Of a stretch of 64,000 nucleotides of DNA, positions 8,754 through 18,435 are shown in pieces. A program made the translations under genes and the position numbers. The notes beneath the pieces were generated by a model. That model saw only the letters and a program-made list of their open reading frames with translations. It had not been told where the DNA came from and made no database searches. The DNA comes from a bacterium (GTDB lineage Bacteria > Hinthialibacterota > Hinthialibacteria > Hinthialibacterales > Hinthialibacteraceae), in NCBI GenBank assembly GCA_963663405.2, contig CAXXSM010000023.1:18417-82416 (forward strand), written 5' to 3'. Position 1 is the stretch's first letter; each line of letters starts with the position of its first letter.

Positions 8754-10088
8754 CTAGTCGTGTTTTATTATGCTTGCGCAGCGGTGGCCGCTTAGGACGG
8801 CTCCTTCCATTGTGGCGGGAAGGCCGGTGTTGGTCCAATCTCCGGCTAGGTATAGGTTTTTAATTGCGGTTGTGTGGGGGGGGCGTTGAACCGCGTTCTT
8901 TGGGGTGAGAGAAAAGGTGGCGCGGCGTTCCCAAAACACGGCTGCGGATTGAGGAACTGTATTCTGAATCGAAGGATACGCTTCGCGGAGATCGTTGATC
9001 GCGATCTGGATTAGTTCCGCCCGCGTCCGGTTGAGTAGATGATGGGCGGCGCTGACTAATAAACAGACGCAGTTCTTTCCACTTTCGTTGGATTTCATGA
9101 AATTCGAACGGTGAAACGCCCATTCGAATGTGGTTCCGGTCAGGCAGCAGAAATCTTCATCGGCTATGGGATTTTTGTACCAAAGATATACGCATAGGAT
9201 TGGGGATTCTCCTAAATCGGGTATGGTTATCCGATCATTCAATCCGGAATTGTCGAGTAATTCGCTGAGATTGTTCGCGGGGATGGCGCTGATTACCGCG
9301 CCGCTTGGAATTATCTCACCTGATTTTAATTGAACGCCGGTGATACGCTCTCCTAAGAATTTGAGTTTTTCGACTCGCGCACCCAGTCTTACTGTTCCTT
9401 TCCGTTCTTCGATGTATTGAATCGCTTTGTCTCCGTGCAGATCTTGAAGCGGCGTTATGGCCAGGGCCATGTTTGAATCTTTTGCGGCTCCGAGAAACGC
9501 TTGTTGGAGAACTGTTGCGAGGGAGGCCGCGTCGGCCTGTTCGAAGGATTCATTTAAAGTGGAAAGTGTGATTGGGCGCCACATTAGTTCATTTAATTGT
9601 TCCGGCTGCTTTAAGCGCGCGCAGAATTGTTCGGTGGTCTCGCGGGGATTGCAGGGCTGGTATTTCCGGATCGCCCATCCAAAGCGGGCCGCGTTCCATA
9701 CATCCCGGATGCCGAATGAGCGCATCCGGATCATGCCAGCGAGCAGGTGAAATGGTCCCGGCAGGGGAGGGCAGCGTAAACTGTCGTGAAAGCCATTCGC
9801 TCCGCGGTAGGGGATGGTTAATGATTTTTGAACTTGCACGCAGTCATCTGTACCCAATTGACGCAGGAGGGAGAAGGTTTCGTGGTAACAGGCCATCAGC
9901 GCGTGTTGGCCGTTGTCGATCATGGCTCCTGAATGCGGATCGCGGATGGAGTAGGTCCGGCCGCCGAGGAAGGGCTTTTTTTCGAGGAGAGTGACGCGGG
10001 CTCCATTTTGGGCCAATTGCGTAGCGGCAGCGATTCCTGACAGGCCTCCTCCGATGATTACTACATCCGCGTTCATGGTATCAAACAT
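8754..10088 (-). CDS. hpnE: hydroxysqualene dehydroxylase HpnE (FAD-dependent)
   Basis: VIIGGGLSG, LGGRTYS, IDNGQH, LAGDWTNTGLPATMEGAVLSG; follows hpnC and hpnD. Confidence 0.9.
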   Translation of the reverse strand: MFDTMNADVVIIGGGLSGIAAATQLAQNGARVTLLEKKPFLGGRTYSIRDPHSGAMIDNGQHALMACYHETFSLLRQLGTDDCVQVQKSLTIPYRGANGFHDSLRCPPLPGPFHLLAGMIRMRSFGIRDVWNAARFGWAIRKYQPCNPRETTEQFCARLKQPEQLNELMWRPITLSTLNESFEQADAASLATVLQQAFLGAAKDSNMALAITPLQDLHGDKAIQYIEERKGTVRLGARVEKLKFLGERITGVQLKSGEIIPSGAVISAIPANNLSELLDNSGLNDRITIPDLGESPILCVYLWYKNPIADEDFCCLTGTTFEWAFHRSNFMKSNESGKNCVCLLVSAAHHLLNRTRAELIQIAINDLREAYPSIQNTVPQSAAVFWERRATFSLTPKNAVQRPPHTTAIKNLYLAGDWTNTGLPATMEGAVLSGHRCASIIKHD

Positions 10089-10927
10089 CTCCAGCGGCTG
10101 CCCAGCCAGCAGCCGAGGGCGTAGAGGATTTTTAACGAGGTGGGGACACGGATTCGTTTGGCGTAGATGTTATAGTCCGCTTGCCGGATCCGTTTCAACA
10201 GGTTGAAATAGATTTTCCGCATGATTTCGGCGGGGAAGAGAAGATGATGATCCCGCCGTTCGTAGCATTGAACCGCCTGTTGGTAGAAACGGAGGGCGCG
10301 TTCTTCTTGGAAGCGCATCAGTTTAATGAACGCGGGGGAATAGGTCTCGTTTAAGAGGTCTTTTTCGCTGTATTGAAACCGATCGAGATCTTCTTGGGGG
10401 AGGTAAATCCGCCCTTCCCGCGCGTCTTCACCCACGTCTCGCATGATATTGGTTAATTGCAGCGCCGTTCCTAGATTCAGGGCGTAGTTTTTTGTTTTTT
10501 CCGAGCGGTAGCCGAAGATCTCGATGCAGATTAATCCAACCACGCAGGCTACGTGATAGCAGTATTTTTCTAAATCCGCAAAGGTGGAGTAGCGTTTTTG
10601 ACGCAGATCCATCTCGACGCCGTCGATCAACGCTTCGAAGTATTCTTTGGGGAGTGAGAATTCTTCAATTGTTCCGCTGAGGGCTTGTGTGATGGGATGG
10701 GATGGACGGCCTTCGAAACAGGCGATCAGTTCGTCCCGCCAGCGATCCAGTTCCCGCCGGGCGCTATCTTCGTCACGGGCGTCATCGACGATATCGTCAC
10801 TGTGTCGACAGAAGGCATAGAAGGTGAAAATCGCGTCCCGTTTCTTTTTGGGAAGAAATAAGAAGGAATAATAAAAATTGGTTTTGCTTGATTTGGTTTT
10901 TTCTTGGGTGTACTGATTGACGTCCAC
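10073..10927 (-). CDS. hpnD: presqualene diphosphate synthase HpnD
   Basis: SKTNFYYSFLFLP, YAFCRHSDDIVDD, LQLTNIMRDVGEDAREGRIYLP; GTG start chosen after AGGAG. Confidence 0.9.
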   Translation of the reverse strand: MDVNQYTQEKTKSSKTNFYYSFLFLPKKKRDAIFTFYAFCRHSDDIVDDARDEDSARRELDRWRDELIACFEGRPSHPITQALSGTIEEFSLPKEYFEALIDGVEMDLRQKRYSTFADLEKYCYHVACVVGLICIEIFGYRSEKTKNYALNLGTALQLTNIMRDVGEDAREGRIYLPQEDLDRFQYSEKDLLNETYSPAFIKLMRFQEERALRFYQQAVQCYERRDHHLLFPAEIMRKIYFNLLKRIRQADYNIYAKRIRVPTSLKILYALGCWLGSRWRCLIP

Positions 10928-10974
10928 GCGCTCCGCTCCTGGATGATGATCCAGCCTCGATCTCCGGTCGAGTA

Positions 10975-11937
10975 TTATTTTCCATTGATTCCCTGCGCGA
11001 ACAAACGCTGAAGCCGCTCGCGGCGGCTTTTGATTCCCAGCAACGAGTACGCGCCCAAATGCAAAAAATCCCATTTGGAGAGTTTAGGGCGTTTTTCAAA
11101 CGCGTTACAGTCATTCAATAACGTTCGGGAAAGAATTGTGGCTCCAGTCAACCAAGTTAACCGCAATTCCGCCGAGAGCGGCCAGTGGACACGCTCTACT
11201 AATGGATAACCCCGATCGAACAGCGCCCAGGTTCGTTCGATTTGCCGCAGGAGGAGCCGCTGGAAGCGTTCGTCGAATACTTGCGCGAAATATTCATCTT
11301 CGCTGTATTGTTCTTGTTGCATATCCCGTTTGGGGATGTAGATGCGATCTTTTTTTTGATCGATGGTGATGTCCTGCCAGAAGTTCGTTAATTGCAGCGC
11401 TGTGCAGATGCAGTCGGAGAGTTCGAACAATTCTTCGTCCCGGTAGCCGAAGAGATATAGGATCAAGCGGCCTACTGGATTGGCGGAATACCGGCAATAG
11501 CCGAGAACGTTCTCAAATTCTTCATATCGCTTGACGGTGACGTCCATTTTGAAGGCGCGCAGGAGTCCCTGGAACAGATCGGCGGGCAATTCGTATTTTT
11601 GCACCGTGTCCGCCAATGCGATAAAGATGGGATGGTCCGCTTTGCCTTGATAGCAATCGATCAGTTTCCGTTCCCATTCGTTGAGCAGATCCAGCCGTTT
11701 TCCTTCGTATGAGGCTTCGTCGGCGAAATCATCCGACACCCGCGCGAATGAATAGATCGCCGCGACGTGCGGGCGCAGGGGTTTTGGGATTAACAGCGAT
11801 CCAACCGGGAAATTTTCATAGTGAGAGGCGGTGATATCCCGGCAGAAGCTGTACGCCGTCTCCACCGTGCAATCGGCTGGGGGAGGCTGCGTTTTGAGAT
11901 GATAAAACGCTCGAAGCGCTTGAGCGGAGGGGATCAT
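10975..11937 (-). CDS. hpnC: squalene synthase HpnC
   Basis: HYENFPVGS, IYSFARVSDDFADE, YCRYSANPVGRL, CTALQLTNFWQD. Confidence 0.92.
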   Translation of the reverse strand: MIPSAQALRAFYHLKTQPPPADCTVETAYSFCRDITASHYENFPVGSLLIPKPLRPHVAAIYSFARVSDDFADEASYEGKRLDLLNEWERKLIDCYQGKADHPIFIALADTVQKYELPADLFQGLLRAFKMDVTVKRYEEFENVLGYCRYSANPVGRLILYLFGYRDEELFELSDCICTALQLTNFWQDITIDQKKDRIYIPKRDMQQEQYSEDEYFAQVFDERFQRLLLRQIERTWALFDRGYPLVERVHWPLSAELRLTWLTGATILSRTLLNDCNAFEKRPKLSKWDFLHLGAYSLLGIKSRRERLQRLFAQGINGK

Positions 11938-12107
11938 GTTCCTAACCTTTCCTTTTTGAGATGGTGTCAAAAAGGTTTTTTCAAAAAAAATGTTTAATAC
12001 AGTTTATCTGGGAAATGAGTATTCTTGAAATATTAATTACTGATGCTACGCAGATTCGACAAATAATCTATTAATTTAAAGAGAAAAATAGATTGATTTA
12101 TCTTTCT

Positions 12108-12250
12108 TTGTCTGAATCTGGATATCCAGGATGATTAGGATTTTCAGGATAGGAATCATCAGAGTGGAATCTGTCAGCGGATAGTAAAATCCATTAATCA
12201 AGTAAAAAATCCTGAACATCCTTTAATCTTGGCCATCTTGATTCAGACAA
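12108..12250. repeat. inverted-repeat element, family 5
   Basis: TTGTCTGAATC...GATTCAGACAA with inner AGGAT/ATCCT repeats; the first 25 bp recur exactly at 51727. Confidence 0.75.
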
Positions 12251-12269
12251 AAATAATCTTAAAAACAAT

Positions 12270-12770
12270 GGCTCATCCGGAAATTGGGCGCATTGCGTTT
12301 TTTCTTAGGAAATTTCACCATTTTTTGTAAGTTTTATCATTGTGATACCTCAAATTTCCTAGGAAAAAAGCATCGATACTCCGTGATCTGTTAAATGTCA
12401 AAAGTAATCTGTCAAATATTTGTGTATCTTATTCTATGATTATCTAATCTTTGAATAGACTATCGGAATATTGATTATTGGGTGTTTTGCAATCTGTTTT
12501 TTAAAATGATCAATACAAGGATTTCTTTAAATCTTAGCAAGTTTTTCAAGATTCTTAAGTATAGAATATTCAATCAGTTATTAACAAAGAAAAAAATAGA
12601 ATTGGTATTATCCGTATAACTGTGGAGCGTGTGGATAACGGCTTTATCGTTATCCAAGTGGCTGTGGGCAATATCGATAGATTTGTCCACAGACACGTCA
12701 CGATCCATAGGGCTTTCGATTACACTTTTTATTAAAAATTCAATCGATGTGCCCAATTTCCGGATGAACC
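12270..12770. mobile_element. 501-bp non-autonomous element (MITE-like) with 26-bp TIRs and an 8-bp TSD
   Basis: GGCTCATCCGGAAATTGGGCGCATTG (12270-12295) matches the reverse complement of 12745-12770 at 23/26. AAAACAAT flanks both ends (12262-12269 and 12771-12778). Confidence 0.75.
12578..12691. promoter_or_regulatory. cluster of DnaA-box-like 9-mers
   Basis: Perfect TGTGGATAA at 12630; near matches TTGTCCACA 12683, TTATCCAAG 12650, TGTGGGCAA 12663, TTATCCGTA 12608, TTATTAACA 12578; AT-rich tract upstream. Confidence 0.6.
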
Positions 12771-13042
12771 AAAACAATCTCTATTGGTAGATTTGCGTAA
12801 CATCAGTTAATATTTTGAGATAGTAGAACTCATTATACCGGTTTAAATCCCAGGGTTAAAACCCTGGGCTATTGTCTTTTGTCCCGTAAAGGCTCCGGCG
12901 CGAGCGCCGGTAGGACAATTCACCCAATCTGTAAGCAATACCATTCTTGGTGGTTAGCCGTTTGATTCTTTGAGATATGGTATCATACTCTTAAGATTCG
13001 CTCCACTCTTTTCGTGGAGAAAACTGGATTAGGAAGTGACGT

Positions 13043-14551
13043 ATGAAATCCCGATGGATTTTTTTATTATTGATTGTCATCTGCTACGGATGCAGCCAGA
13101 TTACGCCGGAGGAGCGGTTGCGGCAAGCCACGGATTTACTGGCGGAGAATGAGTTTGATCAAGTTCTTACGCTTCTGCACGACTCATTCGCCACCCCGAC
13201 AGAAGAAGAACAACGGTGTCTCTTGCGGGGATTAACTTATACTTGGAAAGAGCAGTGGGATTTGGCGAAGGATGAATTCAACCGGGCGATCGAGCAGATC
13301 AAACCGGCGCCTGAAGTGGATTTCATCTATCCAGAAAGTTTGCGCAGCGGCCAGGCGTATGAGGAATTCCGCGATCTCCGGTTTTCCGAAGATGACATGC
13401 GATATTTGTGGCGGGTTCTGTGGCAGCGCCGAATCGCGGAGCGAGTGACAGGTGATCTCCAAGATCCGATGGAAAAAACCATCGCTCTCTGTGATTATGT
13501 TTACCGTCATATTCAATTTGGGATTATCGAGGGGGGGTACTGTTTCGATAAACCGTTTCATATTTTGATCCGTGGGCAAGGGCTTTGTGATGAATTGGCG
13601 TGGGAACTCACGCAGTTGCTACGCGCTGTGGGATTGGAAGCGCTTCGCCTTGTGTTATATCGGGATCCCAGTTTGCGCGAACAATCCAGCCCCCATACGT
13701 TGGCAATGGTGAAGATCGGTGAATCCTGGTTACCGGTTGATCCGACGTTGGGCGTTATTTTGAAAAATGTGACTACAGGGAAACCGGAAGGATTCCCGCA
13801 GAATTTTTTAATCGATCCAGTTCCTGAAGACGTCCAGGCGTTTGGGGATGAGAAGAAGCCGATTGACGGATTTCTGGAGGAAATTAAATCGTTTGGACAA
13901 TACGAGGAATTCGCCGACGCTTTTTATTACTCGCTTCCCGCTGTTGATTATGAAGTGGAAGCGCATACGCCCCGGTTTCTTCTTCTTGCGCAGCGCTTGA
14001 AAAGGCTTGTTGAGATTCCGGCTCTCGCGGTTCCTTTTATAACAATCGGCGCGCCGGAGTTGGATCCGGATACGAAAAAAATTATCAATTGGGTTCCTAT
14101 CCGTTTGAATTATATCTACCAGATGACGCAGGAATCGAACGCCCAGCAAAGGCAGTACACGTTTACTATATATCGATACCTTCTCCCTATTCGTGAAGCG
14201 CGATTAGCCCTGTTGGCGGGGGATTATGAGAGGGCCGAACAGTTGTTCAGCGCTGAATTCTCTAAAATTGGAATTAAGCCTCTCGCGCTGGAGGATTATG
14301 AATATTACATAGCCGTGTCCGCATATGAACAAGGCCGTTTTGAGGAAGCGGAAGACCTATTCCATTCTTTTCTTGAAAAGAATCCCCATTCCAATTGGAT
14401 GAATCGCGCCTATTATCAATTGGCCCTGCTGGCTTGGATGGGAGGCGATCAGACGAAGGCCGATTCTTATGTAGAGAAATGCGGTCAAAATCATGAGGGG
14501 GGGCTTTTTCGGTGGGTTGTGAAACTTGGCCTTGTACCTGGGCGCACGTGA
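13043..14551 (+). CDS. putative lipoprotein with a transglutaminase-like domain and TPRs
   Basis: Signal peptide ending CYGC; likely catalytic triad GQGLCD / PHTL / WLPVDPT; TPR-like helices at both ends. Confidence 0.7.
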   Translation: MKSRWIFLLLIVICYGCSQITPEERLRQATDLLAENEFDQVLTLLHDSFATPTEEEQRCLLRGLTYTWKEQWDLAKDEFNRAIEQIKPAPEVDFIYPESLRSGQAYEEFRDLRFSEDDMRYLWRVLWQRRIAERVTGDLQDPMEKTIALCDYVYRHIQFGIIEGGYCFDKPFHILIRGQGLCDELAWELTQLLRAVGLEALRLVLYRDPSLREQSSPHTLAMVKIGESWLPVDPTLGVILKNVTTGKPEGFPQNFLIDPVPEDVQAFGDEKKPIDGFLEEIKSFGQYEEFADAFYYSLPAVDYEVEAHTPRFLLLAQRLKRLVEIPALAVPFITIGAPELDPDTKKIINWVPIRLNYIYQMTQESNAQQRQYTFTIYRYLLPIREARLALLAGDYERAEQLFSAEFSKIGIKPLALEDYEYYIAVSAYEQGRFEEAEDLFHSFLEKNPHSNWMNRAYYQLALLAWMGGDQTKADSYVEKCGQNHEGGLFRWVVKLGLVPGRT

Positions 14552-14576
14552 TTGTTGGGGATTTGGTGGATTCATG

Positions 14577-14668
14577 CCAGGGCAGAAAAAAGCCTTGCCC
14601 TGGGCGCCCGCTTTTCGTTAAAAGTGGGAGTTAAAGGTGGGCTACGCTTCGCTTTTAGCCCACCCTAC
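14577..14668. repeat. family 2 + family 1 palindrome pair
   Basis: CCAGGGCAGAAAAAAGCCTTGCCCTGGGCGCCCG, then GGTGGGCTACGCTTCGCTTTTAGCCCACCCTAC. Confidence 0.85.
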
Positions 14669-14733
14669 AAAGCTACAACGCTGTATAATTACCTATCCAC
14701 GACCATTTCATTGTTCCTTTCTTGGAGATGAAA

Positions 14734-15303
14734 ATGCCTATTCCTGAAAAAAAAGAGCGGTACACGTACCAAGATTACTGCGGATGGCTGGATGAACAAC
14801 GCTGGGAATTGATTGATGGCAAGCCTTATAATATGACACCTGCGCCATCGTTCCATCATCAAACGATCGTTGGGAATATATACTCGTATCTTAATTATGC
14901 GCTTAAAGGAAAGAATTGTGTACCGTCGATCGCTCCCAGCGACGTTGTTTTATCAAAGGATGATGTCGTTCAACCCGATGTGTTCGTTGTTTGTGATCCG
15001 GAAAAAATAACGAAAGAGAACGTGCAGGGGGCTCCTGATCTTATAATTGAGGTTCTCAGTCCATCGACGGCGAAAAAAGATCGATGGGAGAAGCTGAAAC
15101 TGTATGAACGATATGGCGTTATTGAATATATCCTCATTGATCCGGATGGTCAGTATGCGGAGCGCTATCTTCAAGGAGCTGGTGGGCTGTTCGATCAGAG
15201 AGAAATCTTCGATACAAACCAAAGGATTCCCTTGCGATCTATATCGGGCTTGGAACTACCGCTTTGGGAAGTTTTTGGAGAAGAACCACCCGAAACATCA
15301 TAG
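14734..15303 (+). CDS. Uma2 (DUF820) family putative endonuclease
   Basis: RWELIDG, PAPSFHHQ, VQPDVFVVCD, GAPDLIIEVLSPST, YGVIEYILIDP. Confidence 0.92.
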   Translation: MPIPEKKERYTYQDYCGWLDEQRWELIDGKPYNMTPAPSFHHQTIVGNIYSYLNYALKGKNCVPSIAPSDVVLSKDDVVQPDVFVVCDPEKITKENVQGAPDLIIEVLSPSTAKKDRWEKLKLYERYGVIEYILIDPDGQYAERYLQGAGGLFDQREIFDTNQRIPLRSISGLELPLWEVFGEEPPETS

Positions 15304-15353
15304 ATGGGAGTTTTTGTGTGTAAGAGGCGTCTTGCGCTGTGCTTTTAGTAAAA

Positions 15354-15386
15354 GGTGGGCTACGTTGCGCTTTTATCTCACCCTAC
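15354..15386. repeat. family 1 palindrome overlapping the pectate lyase stop codon
   Basis: GGTGGGCTACGTTGCGCTTTTATCTCACCCTAC; on the minus strand it supplies GTA GGG TGA. Confidence 0.7.
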
Positions 15387-16772
15387 AAAGCTATTTAGAT
15401 ATTTCTCCAACATGGTGTAACCATCGTCAGCCACCTTATTTCTATCAGAAGCATCATCGGGATTCAAACCATTCTTCTTTTCCCAACTATCGGGCATACC
15501 ATCATGGTCGGAGTCGGTTGGCGCTGATGCGCTTTTTAATTCAGGCCAGCCGCCAACATCATTCTGAGAATCAATAATGCCGCTCTTTTTTGATTGATCT
15601 TGCATCGCATTTTTTTGTTTGTAATTTGGTCCTTCATAGGTTGCAAACTCGTTTCGAACTTCTTCAATTATGCGTGTATCAACCGCATCGCGTTTGGGTA
15701 AAGTCGCGCCTGCATTTTCAAGAACGGATAAATAGGCTTCCTCCGCTGTTTGTTGGTTAATGGGCATGGATGGCCAAGGTTCATCCATCTTGAATTTGCT
15801 AACTGAATCTACAGGTTGTATACCGCCATCCCAATTATTGGCCGAAACGGCGGTATTACCCTCAACTACATTATCAGCAATATACCATCGTCCAGCGTCA
15901 GCGGCTCCATTGCGTGTCGAAGGGGCTGCTATACGCTGCAAGGTTTCTCCCGGGCGGGTTGCAGGACCGGGTTTATAATAATTGCCAACCATATTGATCC
16001 TGGTGAAATTAAATTTGGGATTCCCTTTTTGCTGTTTTTCACCTCCATAACAACTTTGATATCCCCAATTGTATAACACATTATTACGATAATCCGTATT
16101 TCCGCATCCCGAAGCGAAACGGGGATTGCGACTTGAGTGATGCGCTATAAGGTTATGATGGTAGGTGCTGTTGTTTGATCCCCAAATCCCTCCAAATCCA
16201 TGATGACCTTTGACATGGTTGGATTGATATAAGCTTTCCGCAATCAAACACCATTGAACCGTTACGTTCTCATTATGATAAACGGACATTGTCTCATCAA
16301 CACTCCAACTGGCCGATACATGATCAAGGATTAGGTTTTTGTTGTATCTACTTGAAACGGCATCTGCATCTACGCCCGATTCATCGCCTAACCGTACTCG
16401 TATATACCGAATGATGACTTCATCGGTTCCAATTGATAATGGGTAGCGTTTAATGCAAATTCCATCTCCTGGAGCCGTTTGTCCGGCTATAGTGATATAC
16501 GGATTGCGAATCGTTAAATTACTTTTTAGGTCTATCGTGCCTGAGATCCTAAAAACAACGGTTCGCGGCCCTTCCGCTTCAACTGCGGCGCGAAGGCTTC
16601 CTTCACTGGAATCATTCAAGTTCGTCACTTCATAAACTTTGCCACCTCTTCCACCAACCGTATATTTTCCATACCCTTCAGCGCCAGGGAACGCAAGTTG
16701 CTTCTGTGCAAAACTGGTTGCAGACCAGAAACAGATAATGATTAGTAATCCTGTTTTATAATATGGATACAT
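15378..16772 (-). CDS. secreted pectate lyase (PL1-like)
   Basis: Signal peptide; AFPGAEGYG, GGRGGKVYEVTNL, TIAGQTAPGDG, DHVSASWSVDE, SRNPR, DSDHDGMPDSWE. Confidence 0.9.
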   Translation of the reverse strand: MYPYYKTGLLIIICFWSATSFAQKQLAFPGAEGYGKYTVGGRGGKVYEVTNLNDSSEGSLRAAVEAEGPRTVVFRISGTIDLKSNLTIRNPYITIAGQTAPGDGICIKRYPLSIGTDEVIIRYIRVRLGDESGVDADAVSSRYNKNLILDHVSASWSVDETMSVYHNENVTVQWCLIAESLYQSNHVKGHHGFGGIWGSNNSTYHHNLIAHHSSRNPRFASGCGNTDYRNNVLYNWGYQSCYGGEKQQKGNPKFNFTRINMVGNYYKPGPATRPGETLQRIAAPSTRNGAADAGRWYIADNVVEGNTAVSANNWDGGIQPVDSVSKFKMDEPWPSMPINQQTAEEAYLSVLENAGATLPKRDAVDTRIIEEVRNEFATYEGPNYKQKNAMQDQSKKSGIIDSQNDVGGWPELKSASAPTDSDHDGMPDSWEKKNGLNPDDASDRNKVADDGYTMLEKYLNSFVG

Positions 16773-16820
16773 AATAATCCTCCAACTATTAGTTTATTTG
16801 TTCTTAAAAAGCGATTAATA

Positions 16821-18287
16821 CTACTCTATTTCGACAACGACTCTCTGGTATCTCGTTAATGGTGGGGCGCCGTTATCCGTTACTTCACAAATGATATGGA
16901 TGGTTTTTCCTTTTGGGGCATCGCTTGGCACAGTAAACAAGGCATCCTGTTTATCGACATTTTTTATCTCGATGTCGCCATCATAAGTGTCTGCCTCTCC
17001 ATACCGCCACCAGCGGTAAGTCAATTTGTCTGCATCCGGATCAGTTGTTCCTTCTGCACTGAATTTCACTTTTACTCCCGGCTTGACTTGAAGATCATTC
17101 GCATGAGTAAGTTTGACGACTGGAGGATGATTGGCGTCTTCATAGGATTTTACACACCAGTCTGCCCGCGCCGCGAAATCATTCTGAATTACATCAATCC
17201 AGCGCCACTGAGGTTTGAGATACGCAGTGAGTTTCTCATCGTTCGGGATATCCTCCTTCACACGCTTGCGCCCCCACGCCGAACTTCCATACCAACGGCC
17301 TGTTGGATACTCGTACCCAGGTTCCTGTACAGGATCGAGCCATGTGTTATCGCGTACATTAACAAAACGGCCACCCCAACCGCCCCAGCCTGGCGATTCC
17401 GCGCTGCGCAAGCCAGTCGGTATGACGTGCAGAAACGAAGGCGAGTCACCCTCGGACCGGAAACGCCCACCATCGTGCGCTTTGTACAAGGCAAGCAGAG
17501 GACCGTGGTCCTGCAGGAGATTTTGGTTCATCCATTTCGCGGAATAGTAACGCTTCATTTCCTGAGAGATCTCCCTCCTCTGATGGTCGTACGCCATAGC
17601 GATGAACTGGTCGGAAATGATGGTGGGAATGTTGTACTGTCCCCAGTTTGGACGGATATAGTCTTGGTAAGTCGAATCCTGTTCCCAAATAAAATAGAAT
17701 CGTATCTTGTTCGCCACATAGACCATTTTTTCCGGGTGTTCTTCTTCAATGGTTTTGAGGGCTCTAGCGATTGTGTTAGGACCTCCCCAGGCTTGTAGCC
17801 AGATGGGGCGGTCATCCGATTCATCCAATAAGACTTTGGCTATATGCTGTGAACCAGGAGTGATTTCATCCATCTCTCCCTCTGATTTCACATTCCCTAA
17901 AAATGTGCGTTCTTGCAGATACTCCGGTGTGGGATACCGGCTGTCATGCTTCACTAAATTTGGATAGACCTTTTTATAAGCACTCAAGTAAGGTTGAATC
18001 CAATCATCCCCAACCCAATTGTGTCCATGCGAATGATATTGAGAACTCGAAGTGACAATCCCTTCGATATCCCATTCATTGGCATAAAGTAAAAACCGGA
18101 CCATAGAACACTCGTCATCGATTTCACCGTCACTTGTAACGATCACTCGTGGCTTCTTAGCTGTGGCAGTATTGTGACAAACGTCTATTAAGACAGCAAC
18201 CAGAAAAAATAGTAATACACTCATTTTATATAAAAATGAGTTTCTAAGGTTTACTCGTTTAAGATTTCTCTCGCAACTCATTATCAT
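16821..18287 (-). CDS. DUF1593 (nucleoside-hydrolase-like) secreted protein with a C-terminal Ig-like domain
   Basis: PRVIVTSDGEIDDECSMVRFLLYANEWDIEG, WGGPNT, SEGDSPSF, GGWGGRF, ANHPP, EVTDNGAPPLTRYQRV. Confidence 0.88.
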   Translation of the reverse strand: MIMSCERNLKRVNLRNSFLYKMSVLLFFLVAVLIDVCHNTATAKKPRVIVTSDGEIDDECSMVRFLLYANEWDIEGIVTSSSQYHSHGHNWVGDDWIQPYLSAYKKVYPNLVKHDSRYPTPEYLQERTFLGNVKSEGEMDEITPGSQHIAKVLLDESDDRPIWLQAWGGPNTIARALKTIEEEHPEKMVYVANKIRFYFIWEQDSTYQDYIRPNWGQYNIPTIISDQFIAMAYDHQRREISQEMKRYYSAKWMNQNLLQDHGPLLALYKAHDGGRFRSEGDSPSFLHVIPTGLRSAESPGWGGWGGRFVNVRDNTWLDPVQEPGYEYPTGRWYGSSAWGRKRVKEDIPNDEKLTAYLKPQWRWIDVIQNDFAARADWCVKSYEDANHPPVVKLTHANDLQVKPGVKVKFSAEGTTDPDADKLTYRWWRYGEADTYDGDIEIKNVDKQDALFTVPSDAPKGKTIHIICEVTDNGAPPLTRYQRVVVEIE

Positions 18288-18290
18288 TTT
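18224..18290 (-). repeat. fixed-spacing element core, copy I (overlaps the DUF1593 start)
   Basis: Arms 18276-18287 (ATGATAATGAGT) and 18230-18241 enclose exactly 34 bp. Confidence 0.75.
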
Positions 18291-18435
18291 CTAACTCTCC
18301 ACATATCTAAATTTTGATTTGATTTTATCATCGATTTTCACGCGACACTCTACGCGAATCAAGTTTCCAAAAAAACTTACGAATTCAGGGAACGATTTCC
18401 CTGAGCAAGGATCTATGCAGCCTTAAGATCCACCC

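Noticed and set aside
12574-12777. 67-aa ORF as a MITE-encoded protein
   Set aside because: TTG start outside the element boundary, no transposase motifs, and it overlaps the DnaA-box cluster.
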